From NCBI GenBank assembly GCA_049999805.1, contig JBNGIO010006281.1:16360-80359 (forward strand): DNA of 64,000 nucleotides. The letters are read 5' to 3'. The position numbers and the translations under genes were made by a program. Positions within the stretch are counted from its first letter, which is position 1; each line of letters starts with the position of its first letter. A model generated the notes under the pieces. That model worked only from the letters and a program-made list of their open reading frames with translations. It was not told the origin of the DNA and searched no databases. Below, in pieces: positions 12,197-24,602 of this stretch. The stretch is from Folioceros fuciformis (taxonomy: Eukaryota).

Positions 12197-15100
12197 ATGG
12201 CAACTCAGCCTTCGAAGGCTCAACAAGTTGCGGAGAAGAGGCGGAAACTCAAGGCGCAGTATGCAGGGGGAAATGACATTCAGTCCGGGGCACAGGGACA
12301 GGCTAGGGACTCTGCTTCTCATGATGCGAACCAGACGAGTGGGAGCGGACAGCTGAGTGAGCAGGAGCTTCCGGATATCGCCTCTGCTGAACAAGACAAG
12401 GCCAGGAGAGTTTTGTTCATCAACGACGCAAAGAAAACCTTCGATGAGTGTGCGCGCGCTGAGTATGCGCACGCAGGGAATGTCGTGCGAACTAGCAAGT
12501 ATACGTTCCTCACGTTCCTTCCTCGGAACCTCTTCGAGCAGTTCCATCGTGTTGCGTACCTGTACTTTCTGGTGATTGTGATTCTAAATCAGTTTCCGCA
12601 GCTGGCTGTTTTCGGAAGAACAGCGTCAATTTTCCCACTTGCGTTTGTCCTCGTTGTCACTGCCTTGAAAGATGGATATGAGGATTTTGGTCGCCATCGG
12701 TCCGATAGGAAGGAGAACAACAGACTGGCTTATGCGTTTTCGGATGGTGAATTCAGATTGAAAAAGTGGAAGTCGATACGAGTTGGAGAGGTGCTCAAAA
12801 TTTATGAGAAAGAGACTGTGCCTTGTGACGTGGCGTTGCTTGGCACCAGCGATCCCAGTGGGGTTGCGTATATTGAAACACTGAACTTGGATGGGGAGTC
12901 GAACTTGAAAAGCAGGTATGCCAGACAAGAGACTGTTTCCAAAATGCAAAACGTGGCTTCTCTGGCAGGGACCCTTACATTTGAGCATCCCAATAGGAAT
13001 ATTTATGGGTTCACTGCTTACATGGATTTGGATGGAGTGCAGCTCCCCCTTGGTCCCAACAACATGGTTCTTCGTGGCTGTGAAGTTAAGAACACATCCT
13101 GGATTATTGGAGTGGTCGTGTATGCTGGCCAAGAAACTAAAGCGATGCTCAACAGCTCAGGGGCTCAGTCGAAAAGAAGTCGGCTGGAGAAGCAGATGAA
13201 TCGAGAGATAGCTTATCTGGCTGTATTTTTGATCCTTACATCTTTGGTAGGAGGCATTGGAATGGGGTTTTGGGTCAAGAGCCGAAGTGACGACCTTGAT
13301 ATCATCCCGTATTATATTAAGACCAATCCCAGGACTCAGAAACCGTATCACTTTTATGGGCAGGTTGGCGAAGCGATTTTCGGTTTCTTAGGTTGTGTCA
13401 TAACATTTCAAGTTATGGTTCCCATATCTCTGTATATCTCAATGGAGCTCGTTCGTCTAGGGCAATCATATTTCATGACTGAAGACGCGGATATGTACCA
13501 TGCTCAGACAAACAGTCCATTCCAAGCTCGGGCCCTGAACATTAACGAGGATCTGGGGCAAATCAAGTTTCTCTTCTCTGATAAGACTGGCACTCTGACA
13601 GAAAACAAAATGGAGTTCCAAACCGCCAGCATCAGTGGAGTGGATTATGCCAATGCAACATTGTTCTCTGAATCTGCACTCCTTGACGAGGGGTCCCAAG
13701 AACAAAGCGGTATTTCCTCTGGTATAATTCTGTCCAGTTATCTGATTGCCTCGTCTTACTGCAGCCCATGTTTGCACTAGTGTGCCCACTTCACTTGAAA
13801 ATCTGAGAGACTCATGCGTTTACATTTCATGTGTATCGTTCTTGCCATTGTGTCTGTTCTGTACCTTGGCTGATAGATGTTTGATTGGTTTCCTTCCTTC
13901 AACTCTCAAAATTGTCGATAAGAGGATATGTCTTCATCTTTGTGTTACAGGTAGTGGCAGCAAGCGAACGTGGAGGCCAAGATTAGGTTCAAAGTTGGAC
14001 CCAAGGCTTGTTAGCTTGTTACAGTCCCAAGCTGACACAGTAGAACGAAGAGAAGCTCATGACTTCATGTTGGCGCTGACTGCTTGCAATACGGTTGTTC
14101 CCGACTCAACTGCGGAACAGCTGGAGGCTGCTGCAGCTGGTGATGTCTCTGGAGCTATGAAGTATCAAGCTGAATCCCCGGATGAGCACGCTTTGGTGTC
14201 TGCTGCTGCTCAGTATGGATATGTTCTCCTGGAGCGTAGCTCAGAGCATCTGCTTATTAGTGTATTAGGAAGTATACAAAGGTAACACCTGCACCGTGTT
14301 TGCTGTGTTCATCTGATGGCTGACTCCTATTTTAGTGTTTTTAACCTTCATTTGTATAGGATGGCGTATGATGGCAGTGCAATTTCTTGCTGTGCAGGTT
14401 TGCTGTGTTGGGAGTACATGAGTTTGATAGTGTCCGGAAGCGCATGTCAGTGGTTTTAAAGTGTCCTGATGGGACAGTGAAGGTTTTTGTGAAGGGTGCA
14501 GATACAGAGGTCTTAGAGCAAATAGCTGTCCAGTCCATGTCGAACCAGGGTATGAGCAATGACAGTGCATCAAAGTACCGGACCGAGGTTATGCTTTCCA
14601 CTTTGAGTCATCTAGATGGCTATGCCAGGGAAGGGTTGAGAACACTCGTGGTTGCTGTAAGACAGTTAGACGAAGATGAGGTTGCAACCTGGCAGTTGGC
14701 TCACTCGAAAGCCAGTATTTCACTGAGAAATCGAGTGAGTATGATGCGTTCTGCTGCAGAATTGGTGGAGAGAAACTTGACTCTGCTCGGGGCTACTGGC
14801 ATAGAGGATAAACTCCAGGATGGTGTCCCAGAAACTATAGCTTCCCTTCGAGAAGCTGGCATTAAGGTTTGGGTGTTGACAGGAGACAAGCAGGAGACAG
14901 CGATCTCCATTGCTTTTTCGTGTCTACTTCTGACTAGGGAAATGGAGCAAATCATCGTCAATGAATCAACCAAAGAGGGTTGTCGCGATGCATTATTACA
15001 GGCAAGAATCAAACACAGGCCTAGACAGCAGGAGGTGTCCAAGGCCAAGAGGAAACACCGCTCTGCAGCGAGTGAACATGCAGCTGGTTCACCTAATGCA

Positions 15101-16716
15101 GCTGATGACGTTCTTGATGTGAATGAGTCTGAGCATCACAGGACTAGAGAGTCAACGAGGCTGCCTCTCGCGCTTATCATTGATGGGAACAGCCTTGTAC
15201 ATGCTCTAGGTGAAGAACTGGAGAAGGAGGTGCTCGCCTGGAAATTCTTTGTATTTTGGTTGTTTGGATTCTGCTTTGGTGGTGTGCTGACTCCCACACG
15301 TTATTTGGGCCTGCAGCTGGTGGAGCTGGCGCTGTTATGTGAAGTAGTTTTATGTTGCAGAGTTGCTCCATTGCAAAAAGCTGGGTTAGTTTCACTAGTC
15401 AAGAAGTCAACTAACGAGCTCACTCTAGCAGTTGGTGATGGTAAGTCCTTTTGCTTGAGGATTCAAATTTTCTGATTCTCTTAATGCAGCAGGTAATCAT
15501 CCTGAGCCTTGACCAGCCTTCTTTTCTCACAGACAACCTTGTCTGCCTGTTCTTGAAGGTGCCAACGATGTCTCAATGATACAAGTGGCAGATGTTGGGG
15601 TAGGCATTACTGGCCAGGAGGGAAGACAAGCTGTTATGGCATCTGATTTTGCCATTGGGCAGTTTAGGTTTTTGAAGAAACTCCTCTTGGTTCATGGGCA
15701 CTGGAATTATCACCGACTTGGCTATATGGTGCTCTACAACTTTTACCGTAATGCTGTCTTTGTGATGTTGCTCTTCTGGTGAGTTTACTAAATCTGCACA
15801 GTAGGTGTTAGTGTGCTGTCGAAGGACTAGAAACTTTTGTTGTTTGAGGAACGGGGTAATGAGACCGTGTGCTGTTTGACAGGTACATTCTGTACACAGC
15901 GTTTTCCCCGTCACCAGCTCTGACGGACTGGAATCTTGTTTTTTATTCATTAATATATACCTCGGTGCCCACCATAGTTGCTGGCATACTGGACAAGGAT
16001 ATCAGCAAGGAAACTTTGATGGCCTATCCCCCCTTGTATGGTCCAGGTCAGAGGGGGGAAGCTTACAACAGAGTCCTGTTTTGGGCCTCGATGCTTGACA
16101 CGTTTTGGCAAAGTCTGGTTCTCTTCTATGTAGCCTTTTTCACATTCAATGCTAGCCTGGTGGAAATCTGGAGCTTGGGAGAATTGTGGACCGTTGGTGT
16201 GGTTGTACTCGTGACGTTGCAGCTTGCATTGCATATACGGACATGGACGTGGATTCACCATGTCGCCTTATGGGGCTCTGTGCTTGCCACATTTATTTGT
16301 CTTTTTGTCATGGATGCGTGGGTTCTGGAGAGTCTACTCTACCATTACTGGTAAGGTCTCTTCCTACCTCAGCTTTCCTGATGATGACCATTTTGTGACA
16401 ATTCTGATAAGACAGAAGTTCGAAAATCGGCCTTACAATCATCGTCATAGTTAGCTCATACGCTCTTTTGACGTGAAATCTGTGCAGGTCTATATACCAT
16501 ATAATTTTCACAGCTCCATTCTGGTTGGACATCTTCCTCATGTTGGCTTTGGCGCTGCTCCCTCACTTCTTCGTCCTGGTAGTACAACAGCGGTTTTGGC
16601 CGTCCGACATCGACATTGGCCGTGAGCTCGAAAGTCGGAGGAGCACTGTGGACAGGGCTTCCGTCGTCGAGCTAAATGAAGTCCCTCACGTGGATCGGGG
16701 ACAGACGGATGCTTAA
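12197..16716 (+). CDS. ALA1: Phospholipid-transporting P4-ATPase (flippase), ALA1-like, multi-exon
   Basis: [48 protein letters not shown], phosphorylation motif [41 protein letters not shown] introns join the ORF pieces. Confidence 0.95.
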
Positions 16717-17653
16717 AGGGCAAGCATCTTCAGTGCACACATTCTTTGAGGTCTGTAACATAATAAGGCGGTAGGACATGCTTGATTCGAAGTCCCGTGA
16801 GGGGACCAAAAGGTCCTGGGACATTGAGTAGGATATGGTTTTTAGGTAGGTCCCTTCTCATTTTTTTTCAACGCCATCACCATGCGCGCAATACACCTTG
16901 TAATGTAGTGTCATTCATAAGCCAGCACTCTGACGAGTCCCAACAACGTGTGTGACCCGCTATTCCTGCCTTTCCTCCACTATCTGCCCATGAGACATGA
17001 TTGCCACACTTACTTGCTGTAAGCAAAGAGCAAGCTTTAACTGACCTGTCTTCAAAACATTATGAGGATAATAGCCCATTAAAACAAGCTATTGAGCTTG
17101 TGCCAAGTAGTGGTACAAACGGCGACAGCGTACAGGGTGGGTAACTCGTGGCATTTTGTGTAGGCCCGTCGAGTTGTGTTCGATGGAGCACCAAGCATCT
17201 CACCCCATTTCCACAATTGCGGCTCCTCCTCTATTTTGTTGGCAGTTCCCCTTCCCGCACAAGTGAATTCTCATTCTTTTTTGGGAGTCTCAGCGGCAAT
17301 TCTTCGAAGGCAAGCTTGAGAGGAAGAGGCTGTTGTTGGCGCTCAACTGTCAGGATTCCTGGTGAGCTACTCTTTGCATTCGTGGAGAATGCCTGTACTC
17401 TTGGTTAGCGACGGTTTCTAGAACAGTCTGGTAGATGGTTCCTGGCTGTGCAGCAGAGGATGCACAATAATTGCGCGTGCACAAGCGGGCATGCGATTTA
17501 CCGTCTGACGGATGGGACTTGTGTTCGTGGCACGATGGATGGAAGCACGTCTTGACTTTTGCACAGTTTTTCTTTTTCTGCAGGAAGAGGATTCCAATTT
17601 CGTGACAGGCTTGCGCACTCGAGCAGCACTTGCAATTCTACGGAAGTTCAAAC

Positions 17654-20600
17654 ATGGCTTTGCTATTGCAGGGATCTGCAATCTGCTCCCGTCCTTTGGA
17701 GGCCAGGAGCACGGGTTTGGAAGTAAGAGTAAGACGTCGAATAGCGCTGCTGCAGCATGTTCCTTTTTCGGTGAGTCGAGGGGCTGCCCTGTCAAGGAGC
17801 ACAGTACGGCGAACATGGACTGGCGAGGATTCGGAGAGCGTCGGGATTTCGAAGTGCTTTGCGTCGGGTGGATCCAGAAGGGACTGGCAGAAATTGACAG
17901 CCAGAACAAAGAAGAGACGGGCAAGTACGTTTGCTAAAGCATCGCATATCCCATCCTTGCTTGTGTCTTCAGTTGTGCTTAACAGGAAGCGGATGAAAGA
18001 AAACATGAGTACGCAACCGGGACGGAATCCAGCAGCGTCAACGTCCAGTGACTAAGTCTGGAAATTGGGAAGAAGGGGGACCATGTGGCTTTCCGACTGG
18101 CTGTTTTTGGCGTGTTATTCTGAATTTATGCTAGACTTTACAGAGCATGTAGCTTATTGTGGCTCTCACATTCGTACAGGGCATATGAAGGGTGTGACGC
18201 CTACGCATCAGGATCTGCTTGATGAGCTGGGGCGTGAGGTAGAATCGGATGAAATTTTGGGTGCAGAAGACTATACAGATGATGATGAGGGTATTGACAA
18301 CGAAGATGAAGACTCTTTGGAAGGAGTAAACGGTGTTGAAGGCAAAGGAATTGTGGAGCAGGAACAACAATTGGCATCACCGGTGCCCTTGTCAAGGAAT
18401 GGAGGAAGCTTCCATGACTACGTGTATGATAATAGGAAAGCGAATCACTTTAATGGCAAGAATAGTGGTGCAGCAGAAGAAGCATCTGAAAATTCTAAGC
18501 AGGGAATTACAGCTCCAGAAAGTGCCAACCGTTCTTCTCCAGACCGAGGGAACATTAGCCAGGACCATTCTGAGAGGGTTGCCACAGGTCAAGCAAACGA
18601 AGTGGCCACGTCTGCTGGCAAGGTTGTGGAAATTGGTCAAGGAACTGTTGACGAGGTAGGGAAGCAAGTAGTGAGAGCTGGTGAGGCTGTCGGACAGGAT
18701 CTTTCCAACGTTGGAGCAGAAGTGGGTAGTACTGTTAGTAAAGTTGCGGAAGTGGGTCAAGCGACTGCCAAGGTGGTGGCGAACCAAGTACTAGGAGCTG
18801 GCGAGGCTGCCGGGAAGGGTCTTGCTGATGCTGGAGCAGATTTGGGTAAAACTACTGGCAAGGTTGTTGAGAAAGCCCAGGATAAAGCACAAGAATCTGG
18901 AAAGCAGCTGGACGAATCTAGCAGGGTCGTGGAAAAGAAATCTTCAACGACAGGTGGTGAGGGCGAGAGTTTCATCCGAGAAGGGCAAGATTCTGTCCGC
19001 GCTCAGGTGATTATAGTTCCCACATTTGTCGTACGCGGACTGATGTCCAAGTGGGTGGCTTATGAAAATGTTGTTGATACGTACCTTCTGACAAGTAACA
19101 ACCGGTGAATCACAGCTTCAACAGGACGGTGGTCAAGCGTCCCAAAGCACCCAGACAGTGCTGGACAGGCTAGACAATAAGGCGCGAGTTGCTGCCCAAA
19201 ACGTGCAGGAGTCTTCCAGTAATGCGCTGAATGAAACAGCTAAAGCAGCAGAAGTTCTTGGGAGTGAGCTAAGAGGCATCGGTGAAATCCAGGTTCAAGC
19301 AACTGGGGATGCCGTTGGGCTCCCAGGGCTCTACTCCACTCTTTCAGGGAGAGACAAGGACGATCATTCTGATGAAGAAAGTGAGCCATCTAAGAACGGA
19401 TCTGCTGTTTCGAATGGGAAGACGGCAACTGAAGAGGAATCCACTGAGCAATCCTCCCTTGGCAGACGCGAGCCAGAACAACCAGAACTCGAAGAAACAG
19501 GGAAGGCTCTCAGAGTTTTTGTAGCTGGTGATTCAGGCCGGCTTAGCAGGTGAGCGGTACGATAGAGGCTGCTAAGCGTGCCTGAATAAGTATGGGACAT
19601 GAGGGGTGAGCTGATGCTGGTTGGAAATGCAGATTAATTGTTGACGAGCTGCTGAATAAAGGTGCAAATGTCAGCACTTTAGCACCAACAAATAGCAACA
19701 CTTCGCGATATCTCAGAAAACTGGAGAGTGTGAAGGTTACGTCTCCTTCCTTCAGATCTTCTAGCAAATCCCATGGTCTGGTCGCAAGACCTAGTTGCCT
19801 GGCATTGGTGTGTGTACGGGCTGTATGTTACTGTAGTTCATGCATCTGCCTAATGCTGAGGTGGTTCTCAGGTGGTTGAGGACAGTTCATATAGATATGA
19901 AGCTGTGAGGAAAGTGCTGGCAGAAAGGTAATACTTCTTCAGTCTTCTCATTCTGTGGTTGGCATACGAAGTGCCACCTTTCCATTTTGAATTACGACTG
20001 TTCCTTTTCTCTCTGATGCTGAAATGGGATGGTGCTGCCATGTCTTGCCCTACTAGCGATGCTGTTATCTGCGCTCTTGGAAACGAAGTTTACCCTTTTG
20101 ATCCACTGAAGATGTATCGGGTATGGACCTGGCTTTGCTCCTGTTTCAGATCATGCTGTAGATTTTCCCCTACAAAATTGGCCGCTCAACTTCCTTTTTG
20201 CAGCAGGCATACGAAGGGGTTTTAAATCTCGTGGCAGCTGCCAAAAACAAGGGCAACATAAAGAAGGTCGGACTGAGTTGAAATGTCAATTGCCAGTCGA
20301 TGGATGCCTCAGCGTTTTCATTTAACGCAGTCTGCCTATTTTCAAGATACAGTCGTCCTAGCCGCCCACTTTTCAAAGTTGTTCGTTCTAACTCGGGTGT
20401 ACCTGGCAGTTCATCTTGGTGACGTCTTTGGGGGTCACTCGTCTGCAAGTTATTCCTTCACTGTTCTGGTACTTTTTCTCTTGTCATTTTTTATATGCAT
20501 CATTTCCTTGAGCAAACCTTCGTCGACAGGTGAACAGTGGCATCATGACTTCGCAGGAGAAAACAAGCCGAACTTTTTTTGCAGCGTTCAGGTCTGGATT

Positions 20601-21102
20601 ATGTGATAATCAGACCAGGACTCACTGCTGGTTCTGGCAGTAAGGTATGCCTTACTACCCTCAGTTTCCTGAAAGGTGTTTCAGGTGCACAAACACAGTG
20701 AAGTGCATACATGATACTGAAGTCTTCCTTTTTCAGTGGGACCGGATAGAATTACATCCCGAAGACTCTCAGCTTGTAGGCTTCGTGAGCCAGCGTAAGG
20801 TATGGTCATATAAAAGCCGAGAGCTTGACCTTCTATTTACAATACTGTGGGATTTCGCGTTGACGTGCATCGCATTTAATGCAGGTAGCCGAGGTGTGTG
20901 TTGCGGCATTGAGTTCAGACGTCTCTCAAAGAGTCGTAGAAGTAAGTACGAGTGTTTGGATGTACCAATGCCGTGTCTTTCCGACGATGGACGCGTGAGA
21001 CTCATTAGTGAAGTTGTTTCTCGTGGGGAAACTGTGTAGGTTGTGGGAGGTAACGGACGTTCTGCAAGCTCGGACGTAGCACAGCTACTTGACACTTTCT
21101 AG
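17654..21102 (+). CDS. Plastid-targeted atypical SDR / NAD(P)-binding Rossmann protein (TIC62-like family) with long N-terminal acidic and repeat extension; start uncertain
   Basis: Spliced C-terminal domain LRVFVAGDSGRLSR...SDAVICALGNE...AYEGVLNLVAAAK...FILVTSLG...QAELFLQRSGLDYVIIRPG...VAEVCVAALSS...VVGGNGRSASSDVAQLLDTF* (TAG 21100-21102). The segment from ATG 17654 is Ser/Arg-rich like a transit peptide. Confidence 0.75.
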
Positions 21103-21347
21103 ACGTTCGTCGCCTGAAGATATTCTGCTTATGCATCTTCAACATAGCAGGGACTTGCCTCTAATGTTGCTGCACAGAATATTAGAATTCTATACGCGAC
21201 AATGATGTGTCTGCACAGAATATCAACAATCTGATCATCGTAAGGACTTGCACCCTTCTGTTGCTACACGGCATGTTACAAGTACCAAAACAAAACTGCC
21301 CACAGCGGACAAACAATACAATTCGCACGACGCGTCCATCTCATCTT

Positions 21348-22560
21348 CTACTTTGGACCGCTCGTTTTCGACGGACCCGCTCGCTCCACCATTACTTCAT
21401 ACAATTGCTTGCCATTCTGACAAAAGCTCAACAGTGAGTCAACCATCACATACGAAGGCGGCGAGCGTGTTTCTATCCAATGCGACACAGCACACAACTT
21501 ACAAATATGATGGGGAAGAAATGGATCTGCCCTTCAGGTTTAGTCTGTGTTTCCTTGAAATACACCAGCACTGGAAAGCTGGGCCACCAGAACTCCCAGT
21601 TGACGAAGGACGAGTACCTGCAACAAGAATGCATTTAGATGAGCTCTTGAACGCTCTTGCATTCAACTGCAAATCCGAGAGAGATCCTTACATCCACCGA
21701 TTCCGTCCTCCAACGAAGGCATTCTCCCCTGACTCCTCGAGCTCCTTGCCAATTCTCACGTCCTGCAGTGTCGGCATATCAGTAATGGAGAGCAACCCGG
21801 ACCCGAGAGACTTCACACAGCTAATAGCCCACACACTCTACCCAAAACCAAAATACGAAGACCGTGCGTACCAGGGCCTCATCGTCGAAGACGAACCTCA
21901 CACGGCCTGCCTGCAACACAAACGAGAGAATAACATACTCACCCCAACTTCTTCGCTCACGATCACATCCACTGTCGTTAGTGACCAGGCTTCCAAAAGC
22001 CGCACCTGAACCAGCAGAAGCAAACCCAGTAGCCCGAGGGGCACGGCAGCCACCAAGTTGTCGGCATATACACTTGCACCCGCGGCACCTGCTCCATCAC
22101 ATCCCAACTGTCAGGTCTGCATCCGCTGTCATCACACCGGATGACTGTCAATTCAAGTAATGTCAGCATTACCCAGCAGAATAAAGGGAATCCGGTAGTC
22201 CGCGTCCGGGATGACCGTCTCCCTCACAACTTTCTACAGCCCACCACAATTTATCAGCACATCACACCCGTGTTGCAGCTCTACCGGAAAGCGTACCATG
22301 TCACGAACCTTGGGTTTCCGGCCCTGGAAAAGAGCAACGACACCGTTCTTGCCGGCCAGTTTCAAAGGGGGCCGCCCATTCCTTGCCTTCAGCGTTCGGG
22401 ATAATGTGAGCAGCGAACTTCCCAGCCCAAGCACTCCGTAGCTTCCAGCACTGCCAGAGCATGATAGCTGTGCAGCGGCATCACCACGGTTGGGCTGCCT
22501 GGCCTTGATGACCCCAAGGCTGTAAGTCTGTACGGGAGTGGAACAGCAAGACGATGCCAT
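21348..22560 (-). CDS. DUF3119-family plastid membrane protein (7 small exons; missed by ORF track)
   Basis: Manual splice: MASSCCST...RDM|KVVRETVIPDADYRIPFILL|GAAGASVYADNLVAAVPLGLLGLLLLVQ|AGRVRFVFDDEAL|DVRIGKELEESGENAFVGGRNRW|YSSFVNWEFWWPSFPVLVYFKETQTKPEGQIHFFPIIF|NGKQLYEVMVERAGPSKTSGPK*. All introns are GT-AG. Confidence 0.85.
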
Positions 22561-22744
22561 TAGCACGCGTCCCGCAAAAATGACCGGAAGGGGGAGCGGT
22601 CGATCCTTGTCTCCACACAGACTAGACTGTGCAACCCTTGCGCTGATTCTGACGTAACACCGTGACCACATTGTTCAGCGTGACAGAAACGTATTGCCTG
22701 TAACGGGGCACGTTTAGCGCGACAATACTAATGCCGGTGCCTCA

Positions 22745-24535
22745 TCACCTTGCTTGCACTCCGACAGGACGGGTGAGCAGCTGGTGCAACAAAATTCCAG
22801 CCGCGACACTCACATTCAAGCTATCTACAGCGGCTGCAGGTCTCAGCAAGGATTCCACTTCTGGCTTCCTGTCCCTCGGCACTACTTCATGGTTCTCGTC
22901 GATCCTCAAAGTCTGCGGAAAGGAAATGTCCGAGCTTGGTGCACCAACGATCCGAACGGTCTCAGTGCAAGCCCGCCGCACGTTCGTTCTGAGGCCCTTC
23001 CCCTCGTTCCCCAGCACAAGGATGGTGGGCACAGCAGGGGGAAGATCCCACACCGATCGTGCTCGCGGATCGGCCGAGGCACCCACGGCTTGCCACCCGT
23101 TCTGCACGGATCGGTCCAGAAACCGTACCATGTTCTTGCAGCACTGCACCTCCATCACCTCCAGCGCACCTGCGCTCGCCTTGCTGACGACTCCACTCAA
23201 GGGAGCCGAATTCTTGGCACACACCACCACGCCATCCGCACCCAAGAAAAATGCAGACCTCAGGATAGCCCCGAAGTTCTGTGGGTCCATGATCTCGTCC
23301 AGAGCCACCCAGACAGGTGCCCTGCCACCTTCCTGCAGCTCCGGCCGCTCCAACCCCTCTATTAACACCAGCTCCAGAGGTGACGCATCCAGGACCAGCC
23401 CTTGGTGAGGTCTGTTCTCCACCAGAAGATTGAGGTTGTGCTTGGACGTTACCACCGTCTGCAAGCCCATGCTCTTGGCAGCATTCAGCACCCACGCAAC
23501 TGCTGCCTTGTCCTTCCTCTTCCCCGTGGCCAGCTTCTCCTCCATCCCCACCTGCACATAGAGCGTGTGAAATTTCCTCCGGCAAGCCTGCAGAGAAGCC
23601 TGGATCGGATTCACACCGTACACTGCCTCGCCCACGGCCTTCAATGAGTTGCTCTGCTCTGTATACTCCGTCCGGTACCCCCGCCCTCGTGGTGCCCTCC
23701 TCTCCCCTTCTTCCACTTCCTCCTCCTCTTCCATGTCCTCGTCCCCATCCTCATCATCATCGTCCCAGCTTGTAGCTACCTTCCCAGAAGGAGGTCTCCA
23801 TTGGTCTCTCCGAACAGAGGACTTGCCTAAGCTACGCCGGCTACCTGCTTTCAGGACACGGCCATCCTCAACACCTTCCCTGTCCGAAGATCCTAGATCA
23901 CCCCATTCCCTTGCTGCAAATGCCACATTGTCCATCACCTGACCCTCTCCATCCCTCCGGCGCTGGTACGAAGCCGTGGCCTCTCCACGCTTCTCCTGAA
24001 CACTCCTATCCTCTCCCCGCCTGAACCTACTGCTGCTGTGTGCCCCATTGCTGCGATCCGTATTCCAGCTCGCAGCACCTTCCTTTTTGTCTACACCTGG
24101 ACCCTGCCCAGCTCTTGCCTTCGCCAGAACCTGCTTCCAGCTCTGTGACATGCCTCGTTTAGGAGGAAAGCGGGCAGACTCTTGCTGCACTGGGCCCTGG
24201 TCGCCAGTTCCTCCGGAGAAGTACGCATCTGCAGCCTCGTCCCACGTGCTAGTTCCGCGGTCGCTGGCCTGCCTGCAAACGACATTCTGCGATCTGGGCC
24301 TCCTTTCCCATTTCCGCAAAGAAGTTGCCAACCTGAATCCCACAGCTCCACGGTTAGCCTCCTGCAAACCCCGCAAACTTCCCAACGCCTTGCCAGAGCA
24401 CACTCCAGCAGACTCCAGGTGCGGCATAGCATTCATCCACGAAGTCGGCACCCGACGGTAACGCAGGGAGGAGAGAGCCCGCACCATCCCAACCGATGGT
24501 GCCAAGGAGCATGCTAACCTAACCTTGACATCCAT
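22745..24535 (-). CDS. SpoU/TrmH-family rRNA 2'-O-methyltransferase (organellar, MRM1/RlmB-like), single exon
   Basis: VYGVNPI, NRPHQGLVL, ALDEIMDPQNFGAILRSA, VSKASAGALE, LVLGNEGKGLR, DSLNVSVAAGILL; long N-terminal targeting/low-complexity extension. Confidence 0.92.
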   Translation of the reverse strand: MDVKVRLACSLAPSVGMVRALSSLRYRRVPTSWMNAMPHLESAGVCSGKALGSLRGLQEANRGAVGFRLATSLRKWERRPRSQNVVCRQASDRGTSTWDEAADAYFSGGTGDQGPVQQESARFPPKRGMSQSWKQVLAKARAGQGPGVDKKEGAASWNTDRSNGAHSSSRFRRGEDRSVQEKRGEATASYQRRRDGEGQVMDNVAFAAREWGDLGSSDREGVEDGRVLKAGSRRSLGKSSVRRDQWRPPSGKVATSWDDDDEDGDEDMEEEEEVEEGERRAPRGRGYRTEYTEQSNSLKAVGEAVYGVNPIQASLQACRRKFHTLYVQVGMEEKLATGKRKDKAAVAWVLNAAKSMGLQTVVTSKHNLNLLVENRPHQGLVLDASPLELVLIEGLERPELQEGGRAPVWVALDEIMDPQNFGAILRSAFFLGADGVVVCAKNSAPLSGVVSKASAGALEVMEVQCCKNMVRFLDRSVQNGWQAVGASADPRARSVWDLPPAVPTILVLGNEGKGLRTNVRRACTETVRIVGAPSSDISFPQTLRIDENHEVVPRDRKPEVESLLRPAAAVDSLNVSVAAGILLHQLLTRPVGVQAR

Positions 24536-24602
24536 CAGCACCTTAGCCCTTGTAACAGAGCCTGGCTTGGCGCATGTGAGTCAGCGCTCGTCCTCAGGAT
24601 CC

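Noticed and set aside
21248-22009. 253-aa plus-strand ORF
   Set aside because: Antisense shadow of the spliced DUF3119 gene; no recognisable motifs.
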